Of a stretch of 64,000 nucleotides of DNA, positions 1-9,625 are shown one piece after another (the first letter of the stretch is position 1; every line of letters starts with the position of its first letter). The DNA lies in the NCBI GenBank assembly GCA_964480445.1, contig CAYZPB010000001.1, forward strand, positions 23,096 through 87,095, written 5' to 3'. The notes under the pieces were generated by a model. That model was not told where the DNA came from. It made no database searches and saw only the letters and a program-made list of their open reading frames with translations. Origin of the DNA: an uncultured Bacillales bacterium. GTDB lineage: Bacteria > Bacillota > Bacilli > Tepidibacillales > Tepidibacillaceae. The position numbers were made by a program, and so were the translations under genes.

Positions 1-32
1 AAGTGAATATATAATTAAACAAAGGATAGCCT

Positions 33-1007
33 ATGGCTATTAAAAAGAAAATACAGTCTATCTTTAAACAAGAAGACGGTAGTATTGTGTTAGAGGCAAC
101 GCTGATTCTTCCATTTATAATCATATTTATTCTGGTGTTAACAAGCTTTGTCAGAATATCGATAGTCGAGATGGAGCTTGAGAATGCAGGTTCTGAGACT
201 GTAAAACAGGTAGCTCACCATATTTACCCGGTGATAATTCTTTATAATGAACTAAAAGAGCAGAATGTTGACTCTAATGATGTTCCATTGCTAGATAGTT
301 TATCTAGTAAAAATAACATTGATGGCAGCTTATCTGAATTTGTGCATAAAATAGATGTTTTTTCAGCAGCTGCATTTGAAGGAAAAGAGTTTTTATTAAA
401 AGCTCTATTGCAACCGATACTTGATGCTAATACAAATGATAAGTTAATAGATTTTAAGGATTATCAATTAGTAAATGTAAAATTACCTGCCGCCTTAGGA
501 GGGACGGGTGACAATTTTGCAATTGAACTGCGCTACGATCAGACTTTAAGGATTCCTTTTATCAACCAGAAGATTACGATAATTAAGGGCTTTGAAGAAA
601 GAATCTGGTATGATAGCTCGGTTGTTTTTGAAAATGATAAAGATCAGGGTGAAGGCAGCGTGGATGCAGAAGAAGATGATGAAGCTGAGCAATATTTAAG
701 AATCCACTCTATCTCATCACCAACGCAGAGAGGACATAAGGTAAAAATATTGATTGAAGGAACTCCGAACGAAGAGGTCAGAATTAGATTAACCTATAAA
801 AGTGGTTTTATAAAAGAAGTTAGAGGTCGACTTGATAAAAAAGGAAACTTAGCAAAAAGTATAATAATTGGCGGGAACTCGAATGAAGGTGTTTATGTTG
901 CTACTGTATATCTTGCTGATCTAGCAGCAAGCATTGAATTTGAGGTTCTTTCAAAGGCAAATATGGACAAATATATACTTGAACGCAAAAGCAAGGCAGG
1001 TAAGTAA
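33..1007 (+). CDS. TadE-like (Tad/Flp pilus) pseudopilin-type protein with a long C-terminal extension
   Basis: 324-aa ORF with AAAGGAT upstream of the ATG. The N-terminus QEDGSIVLEATLILPFIIIFILVLTSF looks like the TadE-family hydrophobic segment. An acidic linker DAEEDDEAEQ is followed by a ~100-aa beta-rich-looking C-terminal region. A prepilin peptidase gene follows 4 nt downstream. Confidence 0.55.
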   Translation: MAIKKKIQSIFKQEDGSIVLEATLILPFIIIFILVLTSFVRISIVEMELENAGSETVKQVAHHIYPVIILYNELKEQNVDSNDVPLLDSLSSKNNIDGSLSEFVHKIDVFSAAAFEGKEFLLKALLQPILDANTNDKLIDFKDYQLVNVKLPAALGGTGDNFAIELRYDQTLRIPFINQKITIIKGFEERIWYDSSVVFENDKDQGEGSVDAEEDDEAEQYLRIHSISSPTQRGHKVKILIEGTPNEEVRIRLTYKSGFIKEVRGRLDKKGNLAKSIIIGGNSNEGVYVATVYLADLAASIEFEVLSKANMDKYILERKSKAGK

Positions 1008-1010
1008 TCG

Positions 1011-1526
1011 ATGATCGAATATTATAAAATATTGATATTAGTAGTGTTTATTACCATAGCTTTATTTTTCGACCGAAAAGAGTATCGCATTCCTAATTTG
1101 TTAAATGCGGTATTCCTCATAGCTGCAATTTCTTATAACACTATAATCCAAGGTATAGCTGGGGCATTAGTCTCACTCAAAGGGTTTTTTATAGGTTTCT
1201 TGATTATATTTATCCTCTACATAATCAGTGCAGTCGCTGCCGGGGATGTAAAGTTGTTTTCTGTATTGGGAGCACTGATGGGAGGAGAATTTGTCCTTTA
1301 TCTAACAATAGTTACAGTACTATTAGCTGGCGTTTTTACGATAATTTTTATTGCTATTAAAAATAAAAAAACTCTCATCAGTGCAGAGAGTAAATTTATG
1401 GGCTTCCAATTTTTGAGTAGCAAACTGTTCAACGAAATTTTAAGAGGAGCCAATAATCAAACATATTTTCCTCTAATGGTTTTTGTAGCACCGGCAGTAT
1501 TTATCGTATTAGTTATGACATCTTAA
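1011..1526 (+). CDS. A24-family prepilin peptidase, short CpaA/TadV type
   Basis: 171-aa polytopic membrane protein. It has the two Asp motifs expected of A24 aspartic peptidases (FDRKEYRIPN and AAGDVKLFS). It has no N-methyltransferase domain. Confidence 0.7.
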   Translation: MIEYYKILILVVFITIALFFDRKEYRIPNLLNAVFLIAAISYNTIIQGIAGALVSLKGFFIGFLIIFILYIISAVAAGDVKLFSVLGALMGGEFVLYLTIVTVLLAGVFTIIFIAIKNKKTLISAESKFMGFQFLSSKLFNEILRGANNQTYFPLMVFVAPAVFIVLVMTS

Positions 1527-1541
1527 TAATTCAGTTGACCT

Positions 1542-2984
1542 TTATAAGAGCGGTGACAATAATCTTGACACGCCCTCTTTGAACCTAATGCTTAACTTGC
1601 GGTTATTATAATTTTCTACAGTAAGCTGTATCGAGTCTTCCATGTCTTTAATAAAAATATTATAAAATTCGGTGGTAGTCTCTTTATCATAAATAAATGC
1701 ATTAACTTCAAAATTTATCCGAAATGATCTAATGTCCATGTTTGTGGTTCCAACAGAGACAACCTTGTTATCGATTGCAATATTTTTTGAGTGAAGGAAA
1801 CCTTTATTATAGATATAAACTTTTGCTCCAAGCTTCAATAGTTCTCCAGCATAATGGAGGGTCGCCCAATAGACAAAAGGGTGATCGGGCTTATTTGGTA
1901 TCATGATTCTTACATCAACTCCTGACAATACAGCAACCTTTAGTACTTCAAACATCCCTTGATCGGGTATGAAATAAGGACTTTGGATAAAGATACTTTC
2001 CTTAGCATCGCCAATCATACTTAAGAAGCCAAACTTTATTGTTTCCCATTCAGAGTTAGGTCCACTTGCAACTATCTGCATTGGTACTTTCTTTTCGAAT
2101 TCTGGGCGAGCTTTTCTATTTTTAACAAAATCAATATCTTCACCGGTTGCCCAGCGCCAATCAAGTAAAAATCGTAATTTAAGAGAGTCAACTGCCTCTC
2201 CTTCGACCTTTAAGTGGGTATCACGCCAGCCACCAAATCTTTCAGTTATACCAACATATTCGTCGCCTACATTCATACCACCAACAAAGCTAATCTTGTC
2301 ATCAATAACAACAATCTTGCGGTGATTTCGATAATTTATCTGCACATTTATAAATTTTAATCTTGATGGAAAATAAGCTGCATGCATTCCACCAGCTTCT
2401 ATAAAAGGAGTTAAGAATTTCTTTCTGATTAAACGCGATCCTAAGCGATCGTATAAAAATCTGACCTCAACACCGCTACGTGCCTTAGCTGTAAGCGCAT
2501 TCATTATTTCTGTACCAAGCTGATCAGTTTTAAAAATAAAATACTGTATATAAATATATTCTTCAGCCTCATCAATAGCTTTTAATAAAGCTGCAAATTT
2601 TTCTTTCCCATGAGTATAAATCTTAATTTGATTATTTTCAGTAAAAGGTGCAATATCATGGTGAACATACAGATTAATCAATTTGCGATAGATTTTTACC
2701 TCGTCAGAAGAATAGGTTTTACTCTTGCGCACATACTCTTTATTTTCTTTCATATAGTTGCGCAGGATGTCTTCTTCGTTTTTTTTCAAATGAAAGATTT
2801 TGTTTCGACTAAGGTTCTGGCCTAAGAAAAGGTAGAAAATGAAACCTACAATTGGAAGGAAGAAAAGAACTAATAACCAGGTCAAGGTCGTATTGACATC
2901 TTTTTTTTCGATGAAAATAATTGTCAACGCTAGTAGCATATTAACAAAAGGAAATATGTTAAGTACAACTTCATACCAGGTCAT
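1542..2984 (-). CDS. cls: cardiolipin synthase
   Basis: 480 aa with two N-terminal TM helices. Two HKD phospholipase-D motifs are present: HRKIVVIDDKISFVGGMNVGDEY and LHSKNIAIDNKVVSVGTTNMD. Confidence 0.9.
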   Translation of the reverse strand: MTWYEVVLNIFPFVNMLLALTIIFIEKKDVNTTLTWLLVLFFLPIVGFIFYLFLGQNLSRNKIFHLKKNEEDILRNYMKENKEYVRKSKTYSSDEVKIYRKLINLYVHHDIAPFTENNQIKIYTHGKEKFAALLKAIDEAEEYIYIQYFIFKTDQLGTEIMNALTAKARSGVEVRFLYDRLGSRLIRKKFLTPFIEAGGMHAAYFPSRLKFINVQINYRNHRKIVVIDDKISFVGGMNVGDEYVGITERFGGWRDTHLKVEGEAVDSLKLRFLLDWRWATGEDIDFVKNRKARPEFEKKVPMQIVASGPNSEWETIKFGFLSMIGDAKESIFIQSPYFIPDQGMFEVLKVAVLSGVDVRIMIPNKPDHPFVYWATLHYAGELLKLGAKVYIYNKGFLHSKNIAIDNKVVSVGTTNMDIRSFRINFEVNAFIYDKETTTEFYNIFIKDMEDSIQLTVENYNNRKLSIRFKEGVSRLLSPLL

Positions 2985-3141
2985 AAATACACCAACTTTT
3001 TAATATTTGTATGTTATGATTAAAAGAAATCAGATATACCTTAAAGTATATTCTAAATACTGATTAATACAACAAAGCAATAATAAAACATTAGATTTGC
3101 CAACCTAATTGTTAAATATAATGCAATATATAGGAGAGATT

Positions 3142-5928
3142 ATGAAAAGATTCTGTATTCTTGATGTAATAACCACTAGTAATAGGGCGAAAGAGAAGGA
3201 CACCTTCCAAATTGCTACAGTACTGTTAGAAGATTCTATCAAAAAAACATCAAATTTAATCACTCTACCAGCCTCAGCTGAAGAAATGTTTGAGCTATTA
3301 GCACTACTAGAAAATGCTTTTATTGTTGCTCATAATGCTAGTTACAATTTAGATCTTATTAATCAAGTCTTAATTGAAGCTGGGTATAGTGAAATAACTA
3401 ATGATGTGCTGGATTCTAAAATAATGGCAAAAATCTTACTTCCAACTCAGCAAAGCTATAAACTTGAGTGCCTAGCAGAGGAACTAAAAATTCAATCTAC
3501 CAACGAGCAGACTAGGCTAGAAAATGCTCAGTCAACTGCTGATTTATTAATTAAAATGATTCAGATTCTAGAAAACAAACCATTAACTTATTTACAACAA
3601 TTGCAAAAACTACTTAGTGTAAATGATTCTGGCTTATCCAAGTTAGTGAATCATCTTCTTAATCAAGCAATTATGGGGAATAAAGCTCAACTAATGCCGG
3701 AGAAATACATATATAATTTTTTCGCACTTAAAAATCTTGACAATCTGCACACGAACGAAAAAGCTGATAATAACCAAGAATTAGATTTTGACACTTTATT
3801 TGCTGAAAATGGATACTTAGCGAGCTCGTTTCCTCAGTACGAATACCGTGAGGGACAAGAAGAGATGGCTGCTGAAATTAGAGCAGCCTTTTATGAGAAC
3901 CGACACCTTATGGTAGAAGCTGGGACGGGAACTGGAAAAACTTTAGCCTATCTTTTACCCGCTATCTATTGGGCATTAGAGGAAGCAGAACAGGTGGTAA
4001 TATCGACTCATACGATAAATTTACAAGAACAGTTATACAAAAAAGATATCCCGCTCTTAAGAGATTCTATGAGCTTATCTTTTAATGCTGCAATTTTAAA
4101 AGGAAGAAACAATTATATTTGTTTGCGAAAATATGCTGCTAAATATCATGAAGCCATCAGCGAAGCTAAAAGCAATGAATATTTAATTATAGAGACACCA
4201 TACTCAACAATACCTGAAGAGACAATTGAACTGGCAAGATTGCTGACTTGGATATCAGAGACGGAAACCGGTGATATTGAAGAGCTAAACCAATCAATAG
4301 CGGGTAGATATTTATGGAACGAGATAAGAAGTGAGAGTGAAAGCTGTTTAAATCGTAAGTGCTCCTGGTTCAAAAATTGTTACTATCATCAGGCTAAAAA
4401 AAGGGCGCAGAATGCAGATATCATTATTACGAACCATGCTCTTCTGATAACTAGTCTAAAAAATGAGCAACCAATTTTACCCAATTTTAGAAAACTGATT
4501 ATTGATGAAGCGCATCAGTTAGAGAACGTTGCAATTAATCATCTTGGCTACGAGATCAGCAAATTACAAATCCACTATATTTTAAATAAGCTACATCAAA
4601 ATGATAGTAATGGATTATTAGCTAGACTTCGCCAGGCAGTAGTAAGTGAGAATGTAACTGATAAAGATCAAATTATTGCAGATATAAATCAAATAGCAAA
4701 TGATTTGTTTCCAAAAACTATGAAAGAGAATGATCAGTATTTCGCACTGCTTGAAAATTATATTAATTTATATGTCAAGGGGTGCGAAAATAGCCGGCAA
4801 GTATTAAGGATGAAAGAGAGAAACTATGAAAGCAAGGAGTGGGCTAGCATCAAACTTGCAGCGGAAAACCTTCTGCTGCAATTAAATGAGCTAAAAAACT
4901 CATTAAAAGATGTACATAATGCAATATTCGATCAAATTCACGAGGATAACATTCTAGTTGATTACGAAGGCAAACTGATGTCTTTGCGGCAAATAGCAAT
5001 CAATATTGCTGACTGGAATGAATATAAAACAAATAATAATGTATATTGGATTGAAAGTAGACAGAAGGGTAAGAGAAAAATTCCAATTCTATTTGCCGTA
5101 CCAATTGATGTTGGCAAATATTTGCAGGAATCTTTAATCAAGAATTTAGATAGTGTGATTATGACTTCAGCAACATTGGCAGTCCTGGACTCTTTTGAAC
5201 TTATTAGCACTGACTTTGGTTTTGAAGCAAACGCAGAAGAATTGACGACAATTATCCAACCCTCACCATTTAATTACAAAAGTCAGGTACGAGTTTATGT
5301 ACCAGACGATGTTCCTGCAATTAAAAATGTATCTGTTGACACTTATGTCGAATATATTTCAAAGCATATAGCGGATGTCGCTCTTTTGTTGGAGGGAAGG
5401 ACACTTGTTCTCTTCACATCACACTCAATGCTACAAAAATCACATCGGTTTTTAGTAAATTATTTAAAGAATGAAGAGATAACGGTTCTTGGGCAAAATA
5501 TTGATAGTACTAGCCGGTCTCGACTAACAGAGACTTTTTTAGAGAATAACAATACAATTCTTCTTGGAACAAGTAGTTTCTGGGAGGGAGTGGATATTCC
5601 AGGCGAAAGCCTAAGTGCATTATGCATTGTCAGACTGCCCTTTACGCCACCGACTGAGCCTTTACAGGAAGCAAGAGAAGAGCGCCTTAAAGCTGCGGGG
5701 AAAAACTCTTTTACCAATCTTTCTTTGCCGCGGGCAATAATTAGATTTAAACAAGGTTTTGGTAGATTGATACGTACACACCAGGATCGGGGAGTGGTCA
5801 TTGTTTTTGATAATCGGATAATAACAGCCTGGTACGGTAAAGCCTTTATTCAATCTTTACCGGAAATTGAAGTAGAGTACATGTCTTCTCAGAATATACT
5901 AAGAGATATAGAGAGTTGGTTTTTCTAA
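3142..5928 (+). CDS. dinG: DinG-family ATP-dependent DNA helicase with an N-terminal exonuclease-like domain
   Basis: Walker A EAGTGTGKTLAYLLP, DEAH box IIDEAHQLEN, and C-terminal helicase motifs (TSSFWEGVD, QGFGRLIR). I moved the start from the track TTG 3109 to ATG 3142, which is preceded by TAGGAGAG. Confidence 0.85.
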   Translation: MKRFCILDVITTSNRAKEKDTFQIATVLLEDSIKKTSNLITLPASAEEMFELLALLENAFIVAHNASYNLDLINQVLIEAGYSEITNDVLDSKIMAKILLPTQQSYKLECLAEELKIQSTNEQTRLENAQSTADLLIKMIQILENKPLTYLQQLQKLLSVNDSGLSKLVNHLLNQAIMGNKAQLMPEKYIYNFFALKNLDNLHTNEKADNNQELDFDTLFAENGYLASSFPQYEYREGQEEMAAEIRAAFYENRHLMVEAGTGTGKTLAYLLPAIYWALEEAEQVVISTHTINLQEQLYKKDIPLLRDSMSLSFNAAILKGRNNYICLRKYAAKYHEAISEAKSNEYLIIETPYSTIPEETIELARLLTWISETETGDIEELNQSIAGRYLWNEIRSESESCLNRKCSWFKNCYYHQAKKRAQNADIIITNHALLITSLKNEQPILPNFRKLIIDEAHQLENVAINHLGYEISKLQIHYILNKLHQNDSNGLLARLRQAVVSENVTDKDQIIADINQIANDLFPKTMKENDQYFALLENYINLYVKGCENSRQVLRMKERNYESKEWASIKLAAENLLLQLNELKNSLKDVHNAIFDQIHEDNILVDYEGKLMSLRQIAINIADWNEYKTNNNVYWIESRQKGKRKIPILFAVPIDVGKYLQESLIKNLDSVIMTSATLAVLDSFELISTDFGFEANAEELTTIIQPSPFNYKSQVRVYVPDDVPAIKNVSVDTYVEYISKHIADVALLLEGRTLVLFTSHSMLQKSHRFLVNYLKNEEITVLGQNIDSTSRSRLTETFLENNNTILLGTSSFWEGVDIPGESLSALCIVRLPFTPPTEPLQEAREERLKAAGKNSFTNLSLPRAIIRFKQGFGRLIRTHQDRGVVIVFDNRIITAWYGKAFIQSLPEIEVEYMSSQNILRDIESWFF

Positions 5929-5957
5929 AAAGTTTAAACACAAGTGTTTAAACTTTT
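5928..5957. terminator. bidirectional intrinsic terminator candidate between convergent dinG and the ABC permease gene
   Basis: Perfect 14-nt inverted repeat AAAAGTTTAAACAC / GTGTTTAAACTTTT separated by AA. A/T runs flank it on both sides. It touches both stop codons. Confidence 0.5.
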
Positions 5958-7197
5958 ATTTAAATTGCAAGGCTCTTCTAATATCTTTTAGCGAGGTCCC
6001 CTTACCATAGAGCAACACGCCACCCTTATAAACCCTCGCTGCAAAAACACTGCTAGCAATTATGCTAACAACCATTATTGCAACCGATATGATAATTTCG
6101 ATTACATGTGGGTCAGTCATCCCGATACGCAAGAACATAACCATCGGTGTGAAAAATGGTATATATGATAGTACCTTAATTACTGTGGAATCAGGACTGG
6201 TCAGTCCAAACATAGCGATTATAAAAGCTGCAATTAAGATAAAGTTTAAGACTCCGATTGTCTGCTGTAAGTCTTCAATCCTGCTTACCAAGGATCCTAA
6301 CATTGCTGCAAAGGTTGCATAGAACAAATTGCCAAGAATATAAAATAATACAGCATAAAAGAACACATGAGTCGGCAATTCTGAAAAATCGATAGTGAAA
6401 GAGTCAATCGCAAAGACTCCACTGCTAGCTCGTAAAGAAAAGAAGCCAATGATTAGCATAAGTGCAATTTGAAAGACCCCTAACAATAAAATTCCGAGTA
6501 TTTTCCCAAACATTTGTTTTACTGGATTGACACTTGAGATAAGGATCTCCATCACTCTTGAACTTTTTTCTTTGGCAACTTCCATTGCTATCATATTTCC
6601 ATACATTACTACTCCAAAATAAATAGCAATTAAAAGAATATAAACAATAACATACGACATTGCAATCTCCGCTTCGCTTTTAGCACCTTCACTTAAAGAG
6701 GTTTTAGTCAGCTGTACAGGAGCAAACAAATTAGCTATTTCCGTAGGAGTTAAATCTAATTTTTCGGCACTTTTTTGAAATTGAATAGTAGATAATGCCT
6801 GTTCGAGATAAGAAATCAGTTCCACATTTAAAATATTCTCAGCCTTATACTCGGCAACAATTAGCTCGTTTGCAGTTAAATCTATCAAAATATAACTATT
6901 AATATTCTCTGTCTCGTAAGCAGCACGCGCAGCTTCTTCATTAGGAAAACTTTCTAAAACAATGTCTTTGTAAATACTCATTTCATCTTTAATCTGTTCA
7001 TATACCAGATGAGTTTCATCTACAACTCCAACAGTCTGTATATCTTCACCTACAAAAGTAGCTAGTATTGCTGGTAGATTCAAGACAAGAATTAATAAAA
7101 GCATTGTGACAATGGTAGTAACGATAAATGATTTTTTTCTTAAGTTTGTGAGAAAGGTATGCTTCAGTATAATGAACAATCTATTCATATTGAACAC
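5956..7197 (-). CDS. ABC-2 family transporter permease (NatB/YhaP-like)
   Basis: 413 aa: one N-terminal TM helix, a large extracytoplasmic loop, then about five C-terminal TM helices. It overlaps the upstream ATPase gene. An alternative ATG start at 7188 has AAGGTAGGTG upstream. Confidence 0.75.
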   Translation of the reverse strand: MFNMNRLFIILKHTFLTNLRKKSFIVTTIVTMLLLILVLNLPAILATFVGEDIQTVGVVDETHLVYEQIKDEMSIYKDIVLESFPNEEAARAAYETENINSYILIDLTANELIVAEYKAENILNVELISYLEQALSTIQFQKSAEKLDLTPTEIANLFAPVQLTKTSLSEGAKSEAEIAMSYVIVYILLIAIYFGVVMYGNMIAMEVAKEKSSRVMEILISSVNPVKQMFGKILGILLLGVFQIALMLIIGFFSLRASSGVFAIDSFTIDFSELPTHVFFYAVLFYILGNLFYATFAAMLGSLVSRIEDLQQTIGVLNFILIAAFIIAMFGLTSPDSTVIKVLSYIPFFTPMVMFLRIGMTDPHVIEIIISVAIMVVSIIASSVFAARVYKGGVLLYGKGTSLKDIRRALQFK

Positions 7198-8080
7198 CTA
7201 CCTTTTCGATAAAGATGTCATTTAATGATGGTTCCTCTAACGAGAAAAGTGTAATCTCTCCTCGAGCGACTAACTCTTGTAAAATTTTCTGAGAAAAAGC
7301 TTCATTCTGCAACTTAACTATAAATCTATCCGCCTTTTTGATAATGCCTGTAACTTCAGCCATATCATTTAAAAAATCAAGATTAATTTCAGTTTTAATA
7401 TGAATATTTTTGCTCGCTGATTCTCTTTTTATCTGTTTTAAATTACCTTCAAGTATTGCCTCACCATTGTCTAACAGACAAAGATTTTCACATAATTCTT
7501 CAACATGGTCCAAACGGTGACTGGAAAATAAAATCGTCGTTCCTTCTTCGGCTAAGTATTTTACTGCATCTTTCAACAGTTCAACGTTTACGGGATCAAG
7601 CCCACTGAAGGGCTCATCAAGTAGTAGCAGTTCAGGTGAATGCTGTACAGCTGAGATAAACTGAATTTTCTGCTGATTACCCTTAGATAATTCCTGTAAA
7701 CGACGATTACTATAATCCGATATATGAAAGCGCTCTAACCAATAATCAATCTGCGAATTCGCAGCTGTTTTATTCATTCCCCGCAATTCTGCAAAGTAAA
7801 TTAACTGTTGACGAACGGGTAATTCAGCATACAAACCCCGTTCTTCTGGCAAATAGCCCACTAAATCACTATTTGTATAATCGATTCGTTCACCATTCCA
7901 GGTAATTGAGCCTTTAGTAGGTGCTAATATACCGAGGATTAAACGAAACATGGTTGTTTTTCCTGCGCCATTCGCACCGAGAAAACCATAAATCTGATTT
8001 TTGGCAATTTCTAAAGATAAGTTTTTAATTGCTATGTTATTGCCAAAGCTTTTTGTAATGTTTTCTATTAATAAACTCAT
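7181..8080 (-). CDS. ABC transporter ATP-binding protein (NatA-like)
   Basis: Walker A GANGAGKTT, signature LSKGNQQKIQF, Walker B LLLLDEPFSGLDP. The start is set to the ATG (MSLLIENI) downstream of AAGGA rather than the track GTG at 8089. Confidence 0.9.
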   Translation of the reverse strand: MSLLIENITKSFGNNIAIKNLSLEIAKNQIYGFLGANGAGKTTMFRLILGILAPTKGSITWNGERIDYTNSDLVGYLPEERGLYAELPVRQQLIYFAELRGMNKTAANSQIDYWLERFHISDYSNRRLQELSKGNQQKIQFISAVQHSPELLLLDEPFSGLDPVNVELLKDAVKYLAEEGTTILFSSHRLDHVEELCENLCLLDNGEAILEGNLKQIKRESASKNIHIKTEINLDFLNDMAEVTGIIKKADRFIVKLQNEAFSQKILQELVARGEITLFSLEEPSLNDIFIEKVGVQYE

Positions 8081-8188
8081 AATAAACACGTCCTTAAAGT
8101 TATGTTACAATATCAAGTATAAATCATTTAGACTATTATAGTCACAATAATTATAAATCGTATATAAATTTAATAAGGAGTCTGAACT

Positions 8189-9484
8189 ATGCGTACAAAA
8201 ATTGTTAATGCCCAGGTCATGACCTTTAACGCTGAAAACTTAATTCTAAAAGCGGGTTCTGTAATCTTTGAAAATGGCATAATCACTGAAGTTAACCCTG
8301 ACAGTACGAGTGAAACGATCTGTGAGCGAACTATTGATGCCAAGGATAAAGTTTTGCTGCCAGGACTAATTAATACACATACTCACTCACCGATGACCTT
8401 GCTACGGGGATATGCTGATGATTTAGGTCTGGAAGAATGGCTTAGCAAGGTTTTGCCGATCGAAACAAGGTTTTCTCAAGCAGACATTGCTTTGGGCAGT
8501 GATTTGGCTATAATTGAAATGTTGCAAAATGGTATAACTACTTTTTCTGACCTTTATATACAAATCGAAACAATCGCCAAGCGTGTAAAAAATAGTGGAA
8601 TCCGTGCTGTTTTAGCACGCAGTATAATTGAAGATCAAACCGATCCAAATATAAGCATGCAAAAACTGGCTGAGGCCGCAGATAATGTGCTCCAACTCCA
8701 AGGTAGTGCAGATGGGCGGATTACGATGACGATGGCACCACATTCTATCTATACCTGCTCCACGGATTATCTGATTAAAATCCTTGATGAGGCCAAGCGA
8801 TTAAGAGTACCTTTGCAAATTCATTTAGCGGAATCTGCGACAGAATATGCTTACGCCATAGAAAACTTTGGTCTTAGTCCTGTCAAGTACTTGAATGAGC
8901 TTGGATATTTTGACCATGATATTCTGATTGCACATGCCCTCTATGTTGATGAAGAGGATATTGATATATTAGCAGAAAAAGGGGTTAAAATATCTCATAA
9001 TCCGACGAGTAATTTAAAGCTTGGCAATGGGATCGCACCAGTTGCTAGCTATCTGGATAAAGGTATAGTTGTTGCTTTAGGCACAGATGGCGCTGCAAGC
9101 AATAACAGTTTAAATATTTTGGCCGAAATCAAGTTAGCAGCTCTACTGCAAAAGGGTTTAAACCAAAAACCAACATTGGTGAATGCGAAAGAGGCATTAC
9201 GAATGGGTACAATAAAGGGTGCAGAGGCACTTTTTTTAGATAAAGAACTTGGTTCAATTGAGGTTGGTAAAAAAGCAGATTTAATTTTGTTAGATTTAGA
9301 AAGTCCTAACACAATACCTAATTATAATTTATTTACAAATATTGTATATTCGGCATCTGGTTCTCAAGTCACTGATGTCTTTATCGATGGTCAACATATT
9401 ATGAAAAATAGAGAAATATTGACGGTTGATGTCGAAAAAACTTTATATATGGTAACAAAAACTCGAAAAAAACTGTATAATTAG
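8189..9484 (+). CDS. mtaD: amidohydrolase, 5-methylthioadenosine/S-adenosylhomocysteine deaminase-like
   Basis: 431 aa with the metal-binding motif LPGLINTHTHSPMTLLRGYADD and later HLAES and GTDGAASNN motifs. SD AAGGAG lies upstream. Confidence 0.75.
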   Translation: MRTKIVNAQVMTFNAENLILKAGSVIFENGIITEVNPDSTSETICERTIDAKDKVLLPGLINTHTHSPMTLLRGYADDLGLEEWLSKVLPIETRFSQADIALGSDLAIIEMLQNGITTFSDLYIQIETIAKRVKNSGIRAVLARSIIEDQTDPNISMQKLAEAADNVLQLQGSADGRITMTMAPHSIYTCSTDYLIKILDEAKRLRVPLQIHLAESATEYAYAIENFGLSPVKYLNELGYFDHDILIAHALYVDEEDIDILAEKGVKISHNPTSNLKLGNGIAPVASYLDKGIVVALGTDGAASNNSLNILAEIKLAALLQKGLNQKPTLVNAKEALRMGTIKGAEALFLDKELGSIEVGKKADLILLDLESPNTIPNYNLFTNIVYSASGSQVTDVFIDGQHIMKNREILTVDVEKTLYMVTKTRKKLYN

Positions 9485-9625
9485 TAAAATTATATAATCG
9501 TTTAAGATGATTTAATGTTTGAGTTAGCATAAGATAGACAGAGAGAAGATTTATTGATTTTCAGTATTTATCTTAGCAAAGATTAAAAATTACTGGCAAT
9601 CATAATTATATAAGGGGGAATATAA

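Noticed and set aside
9527-9577. Bulged 9-bp inverted repeat (GCATAAGATA ... TATCTTAGC) in the mtaD-aspB gap
   Set aside because: It has a ~30-nt loop and an AT-rich stem with no U-tract. The gap is also too short and featureless for a T-box or other known riboswitch. No function can be supported.
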